DNA of 64,000 bases, taken from the NCBI RefSeq assembly GCF_000143415.4, contig NW_003314266.1, forward strand, positions 3,542,398 through 3,606,397. The letters run 5' to 3'. Origin of the DNA: Selaginella moellendorffii (taxonomy: Eukaryota > Plantae > Lycopodiophyta). The number at the start of each line of letters is the position of its first letter. Within the stretch, counting starts at the first letter, position 1. Below are positions 12,308-21,819 of the stretch, in pieces. A program made the translations under genes and the position numbers. The notes beneath the pieces were generated by a model. The model was not told where the DNA came from. It saw nothing but the letters and a program-made list of their open reading frames with translations, and did no database searches.

Positions 12308-12362
12308 GGACTTCCTGGGAGGTCACCCAACCCAGTACTATTCAAACCCAAGGACGCTTAAC
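12308..12362 (-). pseudogene. 5S rRNA-derived fragment (internal control region), Cassandra-TRIM-like or 5S pseudogene
   Basis: The minus strand GTTAAGCGTCCTTGGGTTTGAATAGTACTGGGTTGGGTGACCTCCCAGGAAGTCC matches the plant 5S A-box/IE/C-box region. The 5S 5' half and 3' end are missing. Confidence 0.85.
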
Positions 12363-12849
12363 CCTAAGTATCCCAAGACCCTTAACCAATTGGAAAAGGG
12401 GGTGCATTTTTGTTCATGGGCCTTTTCCCTCTATATTTGAACTCCTATGGATTGTCTCTCAAGTTGTTCCCTTTAGTTGCTTACAATTTGCTATTAACAA
12501 ATGGAAAGTTGCTAATTGCCTAGAGTGAGAGAAGAAGGTGTTATGATGTGTCACATGCAATATGTTGATCAACATTGACACTCATGGACACTTGCTATTC
12601 TCTAAGGAATTTAATAGTTTTTTTTGAAGAAATATATCTTCAATTTTTCTTTCAAAGTACAATATTTGTTTTTTTTAATTCTGTTCCAATTTTTCTTTCA
12701 ATGTAACAAAACTATAACAATTAAAACAGTGTTTTGTAACTGGGAAGCATATGCTAGGTAATACCTAGTTAATATCATTTAAGATATATTAGTCTTTTCA
12801 TATTAGTTTAATGTGAATGCCTAATATAATACAAAATAATTTACTGTGT

Positions 12850-13142
12850 ATTGCATGCAATAATGCTTGGTTTGCTTAATAATAGTGTTATTCTTATTTA
12901 TTAATCTAATTGATTAAATGGAAGTTTATAATTATATAAACATGTTTACAAGATTAATCTTATTAAATATCAACCATTTGATGGTAGAATAAACTAGAAT
13001 ATACTAAGAAGTGTTTAGGAAATTTTATAAATTATAAACATATTTAGAAATTATAAATACAAGATTAATCTAAATGAAATGGTAGAATATCCTAGAATAT
13101 CCAAGCATCTTTTAGGTATATCTCTAGTTTTCTTAAGCAAAT

Positions 13143-13145
<3 letters not shown>
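12850..13145 (+). repeat. AT-rich dispersed repeat, also at ~38800-38910 and ~40225-40490
   Basis: Shared blocks such as TTGGTTTGCTTAATAA, TATAAACATGTTTA and GATGGTAGAATATCCTAGAATATCCA. Confidence 0.7.

Positions 13146-13148
<3 letters not shown>

Positions 13149-13222
<74 letters not shown>
13149..13222. repeat. (AT)n microsatellite, ~37 units
   Basis: Perfect AT run. Confidence 0.98.
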
Positions 13223-13225
<3 letters not shown>

Positions 13226-13740
13226 TAGCCAAAAAGCCTTATAGGTTGAATTGTAATCAATCTGACAATTATCAAAATCCTATTATATTAATAATAGTAT
13301 ACAACATCGTAATTGTATGCCCAAGCTTCACATCATCACTTCCTCTCAGAAGGAAAGTTCTCATGTTGATGGGTTGGGATCTTGAGGAATATAAGAAAAA
13401 GACACTAATAGATCTGTAAGTGATACAATTTATTCTTAATTTCTTTATATGAAGCACTTCAATTTTACACATGCATAATTTTTTAAGGATCAATATGTTA
13501 TATATTATGCCAAAGTTTATAAACTTACAATCCAACTTGCTATAATACATGACATACTAAGTAAAGAGTCTTTTAGACAAACCACATATTATAAGATTAG
13601 GAAAACAAATTAACATTAGATCATCCACTTTATACTCAACAAATGGATGATTATATAGGACAATTATGAGGTTGTGAAGATAAAACTAATGTATATATGA
13701 ATGTTCTGTTATAGAATTATAATTAATGAACATATAACAC
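13223..13740 (-). mobile_element. Truncated, heavily decayed 3' fragment (LTR, PPT, integrase end) of the same gypsy family
   Basis: LTR end CTTCACA at ~13331, followed by a PPT-like tract and sequence colinear with 31963-32400. Confidence 0.7.
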
Positions 13741-14359
13741 CAAATTCTTCCATTGATTCCAAATTCGGACACCTGATGCAAACATACTTGATAGGTCTGG
13801 CCAGGGCCCGAAGCTATCTCTTGTGATTACCAAGTGCAAAACCACTTAAAGAATATGGTAGGAATGCAATAGTTCTACTCTGTAAGCAAGCTTTAAACAC
13901 CCTCTTTTGTCGTGAAAATTGCAAGCAAACAAACCTGTCTCCGTCGCTATGGCTTACTCAAGTCCTTTCCCAAACACTTGTCATCCATTTTCTCATCCCT
14001 CTCTCCTACACAAAGATCTCCCGTTCTTTCTCGCTATCCCTCCTCCGACTCATTTGCACCTTTTCGGCCCCTCCAGCTGCCGTGCATCCCACTCCTTTCA
14101 GGCGATTTTACTAAAATCCTGGTGGCTGGTTTGGTAGAGCAAAGTCAAAAGCAAAAAACTGTAAGCAAGGATCTTAGATCTCGCAATGACACCGTGCCTT
14201 AGCCATATGAACCAATCTTTCAAGGACAAGGTAGAAAACAAATAGACTACAAATGGGAGGTTTCAGTGGAACTGGCCGGGTTGGCCCAAAACCAAGGAAA
14301 TTTTATTTTCTCATCTACAAGGAATATCTCTTCCAGTTGTGGGCATCAAACCATGTACC

Positions 14360-14447
14360 GCCACGTGTAACGCTGCCTCCGGACAAAGTAAAACCACAGT
14401 TTCCAGTGAGACATATCTCTGGTTACAGTTGCGATCTTGCACGTGGC
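14360..14447 (+). promoter_or_regulatory. Two ABRE/G-boxes upstream of the bZIP
   Basis: GCCACGTGT at 14360 and CACGTGGC at 14440. Confidence 0.55.
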
Positions 14448-14975
14448 AGGCTTAGATTGCGCGTAACTTGTCTAGTTATCCGGGTAAAATTACCGGACCT
14501 AGCTGCCGAAGCTGGAGGCCTGGCACCGAGCCTGCCCACTTAAGTAGACTTTGCTCATCCGCCATAGCTAGAGCTTAGAGAAGCGATCGATTCGGTCGAT
14601 TCATCCCTGAAAATCTTGAAGGGATGCGCTGCCTAATCTCCTCCCTGGTTTTCGTGGTAAGTCTAATTTGGTTTACGCGAGATCTTCGCGGTTAAAAAGA
14701 CAAGGAGGAACAAAAGAGGCAGCGCTTTTGCCAAGTGTGGCCAAAGGGCTGCGAGACGAGCGAGTGCACTGCGAGGCCGCTTCTACAGTGGAATCTCTTC
14801 CGGGAAATTCACGCCGATCTTCCCGAGAATTTAATGTCAGGGCTTGTAATTGTCAGGCTAAAGCTACCAGGGATGGATTCGGGAAGAGGATAGGGAAGGA
14901 ATTGGCGAGTAGAAGTGGAATTAGATTAGAGACTTGGTTGTGCGCGAAGGATAAGCTCTGTAGATAGCGCTCGCT

Positions 14976-16715
14976 ATGGCGGCATCCGGCGGTGGTGGGT
15001 CTCTTCCCCAGCAATTTGGAGCGGCCAACGGTGTCTTGGGTCGATCCAATTCGCTACTGGGAGGGCGATTGGGAAGCATGGTTCTCCCGCGGCAGCAATC
15101 GATCTATTCCCTGACGTTGGACGAATTCCAGAGCAGCCTGGGCGAGCCCGGCAAGAACTTTGGCTCCATGAACATGGACGAGCTCCTCAAGAACATCTGG
15201 ACAGCCGAGGAGAGCCAGGCCATGGCCGCCGCATTGTTTAGCTCGAACGATCCCTCCTCCTCTTCCGCGGGCGTCGCCGTCGCCGCTGAGGATCCCTCTC
15301 TCCTCTCCCGGCAGCCCAGCCTGGGCATCCAGCGCCAGAATTCCCTCACTCTCCTCCCCCTCCCGCAATCGCTCAGCGCCAAGACGGTGGACGAGGTATG
15401 GAAGGACATCGGGCCCCTGGACGGCTACGGTACCGCCGGCGACGCGGCGGTACCGCCCATGAAGCCGCGGCAAGGGACTTACGGCGAGATGACGCTCGAG
15501 GACTTCCTCGTCAAGGCCGGCGTCATGGCGCCCGACGCCATCGAGCACGCGCAGGCCGGCTACTACCCGACCACCAGTACCGCGACGGCAAACGGCTCGT
15601 ACGGAAAGGTGACGCGGGACGCCGCGGCGGTACCGGGCGGCGGGACGCCGATACTGGGCGGTATGACGGGCCTACTGCCCGGCAAGAAGGAACCGGTGGA
15701 GGTGAACGATCCAATGCTGGGAATTGGGCTTGGGCCGGCGAGGAACAATCTCTCCTCCCCGAATGGATTTTATGCGGCGTCCAGCGCCGCGGCACAGGCG
15801 GCCAAGCATCAGGCGGAGTGGATCGAGAGCCAGTACAAGAATTCCACGGCGCTGGCGCAGCAGCAGCAGCAGCAGCTCATGCAGCTGGCGGCATACAATG
15901 GCAACGCGGCGGTATCGACGGGGCTGGGCATGGGACTCAACGGCGGTACCGCCGGCGGTGTGGTGTGCATCAAGGAGACGTCGCCCGGGAGCCCGCTATC
16001 GGACGCGCTGGACCAAAACGGGGGCTATGGCGGGCTTTCCAACTATGGTGGCGGATTCGATGGCCCTCTCCGAGGGCGCAAGAGGATCCTGGACGCGCCG
16101 CTGGAGAAGATTGTGGAGCGGAGGCAGCGGAGGATGATCAAGAACCGGGAATCGGCGGCGCGATCGCGAGCGAGGAAACAGGTCCGTGATCTTTCAATCA
16201 AAAAGGCTGGTTTTTTGTCGCTCTTTGTTTACGCGAGTTCGTTGTCTCCAGGCTTATACAGTCGAGTTGGAGGCCGAGGTGACACAACTCAAGGAAGAGA
16301 ACATGAAACTCCGGAAAATGCAGGTAAGAAACGAGTTTTTCTTACGTGATTTCTCTGATGGATCGCTTCACGAATCGATCGTTTCGTTTCGTGGGCTTTC
16401 TAATCTAAACTTCCCAAACGGTTTTGCTTTTCTGCTTTCCAGGAGGAGGAGAACATCAAGCGAAAGAAACAGGTAGCGTGATTCTCTTGTTCTCTCTCTC
16501 CTTTTCTCCTTTTTCTTTGTTCCTCTCATTTTTCTCGGTTACGTGTTCTGCTGGCTCTCCTCCTCTCTCGAGCTCGAGTGCTTGTAGATCGAACAATCGA
16601 TCGTCCCGCCACTGATCTACACCTCTTTTGCTAGCAGCAGGCCTTGGAAGTGATCACTCCAATGACCCAACACCTCCCAAAGATGCTCAAGAGGACGCTC
16701 ACGGGACCCTGGTAA
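14976..16715 (+). CDS. Group A bZIP transcription factor (ABF/AREB/ABI5 family), 4 coding exons
   Basis: C1 RQQSIYSLTLDEFQ...FGSMNMDELLKNIW, C2 KTVDEVWKDI, C3 RQGTYGEMTLEDFLVKAG, basic region RRQRRMIKNRESAARSRARKQAY and C4 LKRTLTGPW. Exons 14976-16181, 16252-16323, 16443-16472, ~16635/38/41-16715. Confidence 0.95.
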
Positions 16716-17504
16716 CGACGACGCTTGTACGGAAGAACCTTTGATCCATCGCTCGCTCTCTCTCTCTCTCTCGCATTTGGTAAGAACGGAGGTACGGAAA
16801 GGAAGAAAAGTTTCCGAGAGGACAAACGAGGCCCGGGGCGGTCCCCGCAATCTGATCCGTCCATTGTCCTCTTGCGTGTACTTGGCGATCTACAAAGCCC
16901 CACTGTTGCTCCTTATTAGATCGCTTGGCTCTCTCTTGTTTAAAAGCATTGTTCTAAGCTTCCATTCCACTGTACAAGTGTCTCGCATCGATATGGAGAA
17001 CCTGGGCGATCGATCCGAAAATTCCAAAGCTCCGAATAGCTCCATCCATCGATCGATCGATCGATCGCTAGAGAGAAGAAATTTTCCTAGCTCGCCTAGC
17101 ACAGCCAAATCCAGCTAGAATAAATTTAATCTGGAACTTCGAAGCTCTTGTCCCCTCGAGGGGACAAGAGGATCACATAATAACATAACGGCGCCAGCAC
17201 ACCACGTGGCAGGCCCACACGCAACGCAAACCCGCGCATCGCTCTCCCCCACGTGTCGGCATCCATGTGGGGCTGCCAGACGTGTGGCGCGAGATTAACT
17301 AGTGACCCACCCAGCAAGCGTGAGCCAATGAGATGTCGACACCGCGCTCCCTATGGGGTCACGACAGGTGTCCCAGTGTCCGAAAACTCTACCGTCATGC
17401 ATATCCCTTGGAAAAAGAAAGAGGAGCATATTCTGGAATAATCTCTGACGCTTATGGCAGGTATATACGGGAATAATCTCCGGTATTTGAAAATTAGGGC
17501 TCTT

Positions 17505-18367
17505 CTACTTCTCGGTGGACCATGACGATTCCTTGTCCTTGGAGAACGTCACCTGGAGCGCGTCCACCGCCTCGGGCTTGAGGCCGAAGGCTTTGGCGAG
17601 GACCGAGTCGGAGATGGGCGGATCGGCACCGAAGAGCGACGGGGCGATCTGCTGGGTGCCTGGGTTCTGGCTGCTCAGCGCTGCGAATGCGAGCGCGGTG
17701 CCGTAGCCGACGTTCTCCTGGAAGTGGACGAGGCCGCGGGGGAAGACGAAGATCTCGTTCTTGTTTACGGTCGCAGTGAAGAGCTTGTTGTTTGTGGCGA
17801 CGAATCCCACCTTGAGCGAGCCGTCGATGACGAGCAGGATCTCGGTGGCGCGCGGGTGAGTGTGTGGGGGATTCACGCCACCCTTCTTGAAGTCGATGCG
17901 TGCGAAGGAGATCCCGAGGGTGTTGAGGCCCAAGAACATACCGATGTTGGCGGCGGTGACGATCGATCCGACCATGTTGTTTGCATCGCCCAGATTCACC
18001 AGGTTCTTGAAGAGGAAGTCGTCGCCCGTGACCATGGCTGGGTTCTTGCAGATCGCTCCATTCACGTTGACCACCACCGAGATATCTACAATCATCAATG
18101 TTTTGGATCTAAGATCATTGAAAACTTGCAAGGAGGTTCTAGCTTACCAGAGGAATTCGTGGTAGACATCTCGACCTTGTATGGAGATTCCTGATCCTTA
18201 TCGTGATCATACTTATCATCGTCTTTCTTCGACTTTGGTGGTGAGATGTTGATCTTGTTGTCCTTGACAGCAACGCAGAAATCCTGGAGTGGATCGGGAT
18301 CGGCTCCAAGAACTCCGGACAAGCCAAGAACACTAGCGATTACAAGCACCAAGAACTTCACCGCCAT
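17505..18367 (-). CDS. Germin-like protein (cupin), 2 exons, intron 18086-18147
   Basis: Signal peptide, ADPDPLQDFCVA, germin box 1 GVNPPHTHPRATE and box 2 FVFPRGLVHFQEN. The donor G|GTAAGC and acceptor TGTAG join the two ORFs in frame. Confidence 0.93.
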
Positions 18368-18452
18368 GGCAAGAGATTTCTCTTCTCTAGCTTTTCTCTC
18401 TTGACTTCCAGGTGGTTTTGCAAGCTCTCTTTTTTATCGTCTCGTCAAGCTC

Positions 18453-18514
18453 ATTGTCGTATCGCAATGGAATTGCTAAAGAGATTGTCGTATCGCAATG
18501 AAATTGCTAAAGAG
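18453..18514. repeat. 31-bp tandem duplication upstream of the germin-like gene
   Basis: ATTGTCGTATCGCAATG(G/A)AATTGCTAAAGAG occurs twice. Confidence 0.9.
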
Positions 18515-18725
18515 AGATGTTTGAAAGCGTCAGCGAGAGACTTAGTCGCGACACAAGACCGATAGACGCTACCAGCAAGTCAAACTTTCCCTCATGTCAT
18601 AAGTGTTTTCCCCCCGAATTCCCTTTCGTCATAGCCTTATCTACAACCCCACGTCATCATTCCTGTCCGTTTTCGGCTCGAAAAGGACCTCTTCTTTGTA
18701 GAAGAGCATTTTTTTCTTCGCTCAT

Positions 18726-20381
18726 CTAGCCGCTTCTACAGATATTTGACATGAGCACGTAATTCCCGCAGCCTTTCTCCATTTCAAGCCCGCCACCATT
18801 CTCCGATTCTCCCAGAGACGAACCAAACGCGAGCCTCGCCAAATCCACGTTCTCCCACTTCTCACACGCCGCCAGCAGCGTTTTCCAAGTCACGGACCTC
18901 GGCTCGAAAGGCATGCCGCGAATGAGATCCAGCGCCTCGTCCAGTCGGTTCGCGCGGCCCAGGAGGTCGATCACACAGTGGTAGTGCTCGATCCGGGGGA
19001 TCACTCCAAACCTGGAGCTCATCTCCCGGAAGAACTTGGTGCCGGTGTCGACGAGCCCCGCGTGGCTGCACGCCGAGAGCACGCACAGCAGCACAGGGCC
19101 GCTTGCCGGGACTTTCTCGTCGACCATCTTGTGGAAAAACTCGAAAACTTTGCCTCTGTGATCTCCCTGCCTGCTGTATCCTGCTATCAACGCGGTCCAA
19201 GTCACTGGATCCGTGCTTGCGATCGAGTAGAAGAGCTGCTCGGCGTCCACCATGCTGCCACACTTTCCATAGAAATCCACCAGGCCGCTTTGCAGCACCT
19301 CGTTCTTGCTCTCCAGCCCACGCCGGCAAATCTCCCGATGGACTTCTCGCCCAGTTTCTAAGCGCGGGACTATCGCACAGGCTTTGAGGACGGCAGCAAA
19401 CGTTCGAGCGTCTGGAGCTACGTTTGTGGACTTCATGAGCTCAAAAAGCCGTAAAGCCTGCTCGATCTCTCCGTTTTCCACGTATCCCAGCAGCAAAGTG
19501 TTCCAGGAAACCACGTCCGGATGCTCGATCCGGTGGAAAACTTCACGAGCTCCTCGCAAGTATCCACACTTGACGTACATATCGATCAAAGTATTCGCCA
19601 CCAAAAGCTCCGAGGAAAACCCGGCCTCGGAAGCTTGAGTACGAAGAACCTCCCCCATCTCCAGAGCTTGATCGATATTCTTCGCAGCGATGATCGAGCA
19701 GGCCTTAACAGCAGCGGCAAACGTGAGAGCATTGGGCCGGCAGCGATCTCGTCTCATACGCTGGAAGAGCTCCAGAGCAAAATCGCCATCGCCATCTTGG
19801 ACGTAGCCCAGCATGAGAGCCGTCCAAGACACCACGTCGCGATGAGCCATGGCGTCAAACACTGCCTGGGCGTCTCTCACGCTTCCACATTTCGCGTAGA
19901 CGTCGATCAAAGCATTGGCGACGAACAAATCTGCTGTGGCAGAGCCGAAACTCCCATGAGCTCGAGCTCTAGAGTGTAAATCCATGGCCCTCTCCAGAGA
20001 TTTCCACTTGACGACGAGCTCTGGCGCGGAAACGAACGCTCCCACCTCCCTGGCGGCTAGATTAGAGCACGCCTGGAGCGCAGCCACGAAGCTGTGGGAA
20101 TCGCGGGACGCCATGGCCGAGAAGATTTCGAGCGCGACCTCTTCCTGGTGATTTTGAGCGTACCCCAAGACGAGTGCGTTCCAGGCGACGATTCCCGGAT
20201 GGGGGATTCGATCGAAGACATCGCGAGCCTCGGCCATGCTCCCGCATTTGGCGTACATGCTGATGAGCGACGTCCGGATGTAGGGATTGGAGCAGCCGCC
20301 GCTCTGGATCGCGTCGGCATGGATCCGCCGCCCTGATTCTAGATCCCTGGAGCCGCCGCACGACCTCAATTGCGCTACCAA
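18726..20381 (-). CDS. PLS-class PPR protein with E-type extension, no DYW; start codon unclear
   Basis: Repeated LIDMYxKCG...A..VF / VVSWxxLxxGY motifs, ACSHAGLVD, HYHCVIDLLGRA, NYVLMSN. Confidence 0.9.
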   Translation of the reverse strand: MVAQLRSCGGSRDLESGRRIHADAIQSGGCSNPYIRTSLISMYAKCGSMAEARDVFDRIPHPGIVAWNALVLGYAQNHQEEVALEIFSAMASRDSHSFVAALQACSNLAAREVGAFVSAPELVVKWKSLERAMDLHSRARAHGSFGSATADLFVANALIDVYAKCGSVRDAQAVFDAMAHRDVVSWTALMLGYVQDGDGDFALELFQRMRRDRCRPNALTFAAAVKACSIIAAKNIDQALEMGEVLRTQASEAGFSSELLVANTLIDMYVKCGYLRGAREVFHRIEHPDVVSWNTLLLGYVENGEIEQALRLFELMKSTNVAPDARTFAAVLKACAIVPRLETGREVHREICRRGLESKNEVLQSGLVDFYGKCGSMVDAEQLFYSIASTDPVTWTALIAGYSRQGDHRGKVFEFFHKMVDEKVPASGPVLLCVLSACSHAGLVDTGTKFFREMSSRFGVIPRIEHYHCVIDLLGRANRLDEALDLIRGMPFEPRSVTWKTLLAACEKWENVDLARLAFGSSLGESENGGGLEMEKGCGNYVLMSNICRSG

Positions 20382-20533
20382 CGCAGCGATGCTGCCGCTC
20401 TTCGCCGTGATCTAAGAACCCTAAATTAGCCCTTAAAAAAGGCCACTAAAGAGCCCTAAATAGTTTATCTATTATTTGGATTTTGGTACCTTTACAAAAC
20501 TCCCTAAATAGTTAAAGCGAAGCTTTGCAATCT

Positions 20534-21367
20534 TTATCTTTGAAATTCTTGAATGGATACCACCTTTTTACATATCTTGCATGTCACCCATTTGCCTTTG
20601 GCTGTGCCTTTGCCTGAAATGAAATGTAGATCAAAGAAGCTTCATAATAACATAGTACTTACCATTTTCCTTTTTGTTGATTGTTTTCTTAGGTACCTTG
20701 AAACCATTAGTCTCGAATGCTTTCAGCTGGAAAACAAAAGATAAATAAATAAATAGCCAAAGAAACAATGAATTACCTGTGTTACAAACCCGGGATTTGG
20801 ATCCACACTTGGACTTGATTTTTTGAGAGAAGCCAAGGCATCTGGTTAAAATCGAGAGGTGAGCTTGGGATTTTTAGAAACACCAAGATCAATACCTGCA
20901 AAGGACAGCTTCTCCTTCCACATAAGATACGCAATCATAATCGATGGACTGCAAATGCCCAAAGGTAAATCCCCAAAAACTTGAAGTCCAAACTACGTGA
21001 ATGCCTACCTGCGGGAAAATCCGCCACCGCAATGGACGAGCACAATCCCCTCTTTCACTCCTCGATCGATGAATTCCAAGCACTCCTCGAGGCGCTCGAG
21101 CAAATTCTCGTCCGCCGAGTCTTCCAGAGGCACAACCTTCCGAATTGGAAGCCCGGAGAAGTCACACTTGTTCTGGAGCTCCACGGAAACCCTAAAAAAC
21201 GCGTTCGCGTCACTGAGCGGGCCGTAGGGGACGAAATCCTTGCTCTCGTGGTTAGGGCACAGCGGCAGCACCGATAGTACATGCGTCACTCCAGCTTTCG
21301 TGCCCGATAGAAAAAGAAGCGCGTCGCCAATGTCGCCCAAATAGAGATCGTCGCGCACTTTCTTCAT
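20534..21367 (-). CDS. Dual-specificity protein phosphatase, DUSP12/YVH1-like (5 exons)
   Basis: MKKVRDDLYLGD, catalytic VLVHCGGGFSRS (CX5R), IAYLMWKE, DPNPGFVTQLKAFE. The inferred last exon WVTCKICKK ends at TAA 20534. Confidence 0.85.
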
Positions 21368-21819
21368 CGCAAAAAGAACCCTAAACCCTAGAATTAGGGC
21401 TTTTGTAGGGCAGCGGTGAGGTGGCGACACGTCAAGGACAGGTGGCGTAAAAAGGATGCCAGGTAGGTGCCATGTCACACACGGTAGCAGCACAGCAGGC
21501 GGGAGTCTGTGTGCTGTGATGATGATGGAGACGCGCGGATGAAACAATGCGTCTTCTAGGGTTTTTCCTCTTCTTTATTTCGTAGGGCTATCCTTCTTGT
21601 TCTTGGCGCCCGGTGTCCTCCTCCGGCATCGATCAGGGTTAGTAATCCAAGGCGGCGATCCATCGATCAATCGATCGGGATTCTTTCTTGGCGGCGGCAG
21701 CGGCCAAGATCGAATTTTCTTTCCGAGGGTTTTCGAGGCAAGGCATGGCCCTATTCTTGATTCTTCCATGATGCGGCAGCGATGCTGCTGACGATGACGC
21801 TGATCGCCGCCTCTCCGCT

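Noticed and set aside
12308-12362. Functional 5S rRNA gene
   Set aside because: Only ~55 of ~120 nt are present, diverged and not in an array.
14668-14967. 99-aa ORF upstream of the bZIP
   Set aside because: It has no ATG start and lies inside the predicted leader intron.
15054-16189. Alternative-frame and antisense ORFs over the bZIP (likewise over DUF3527, the PPRs, MyoB and germin)
   Set aside because: Expected shadow ORFs of GC-rich coding sequence.
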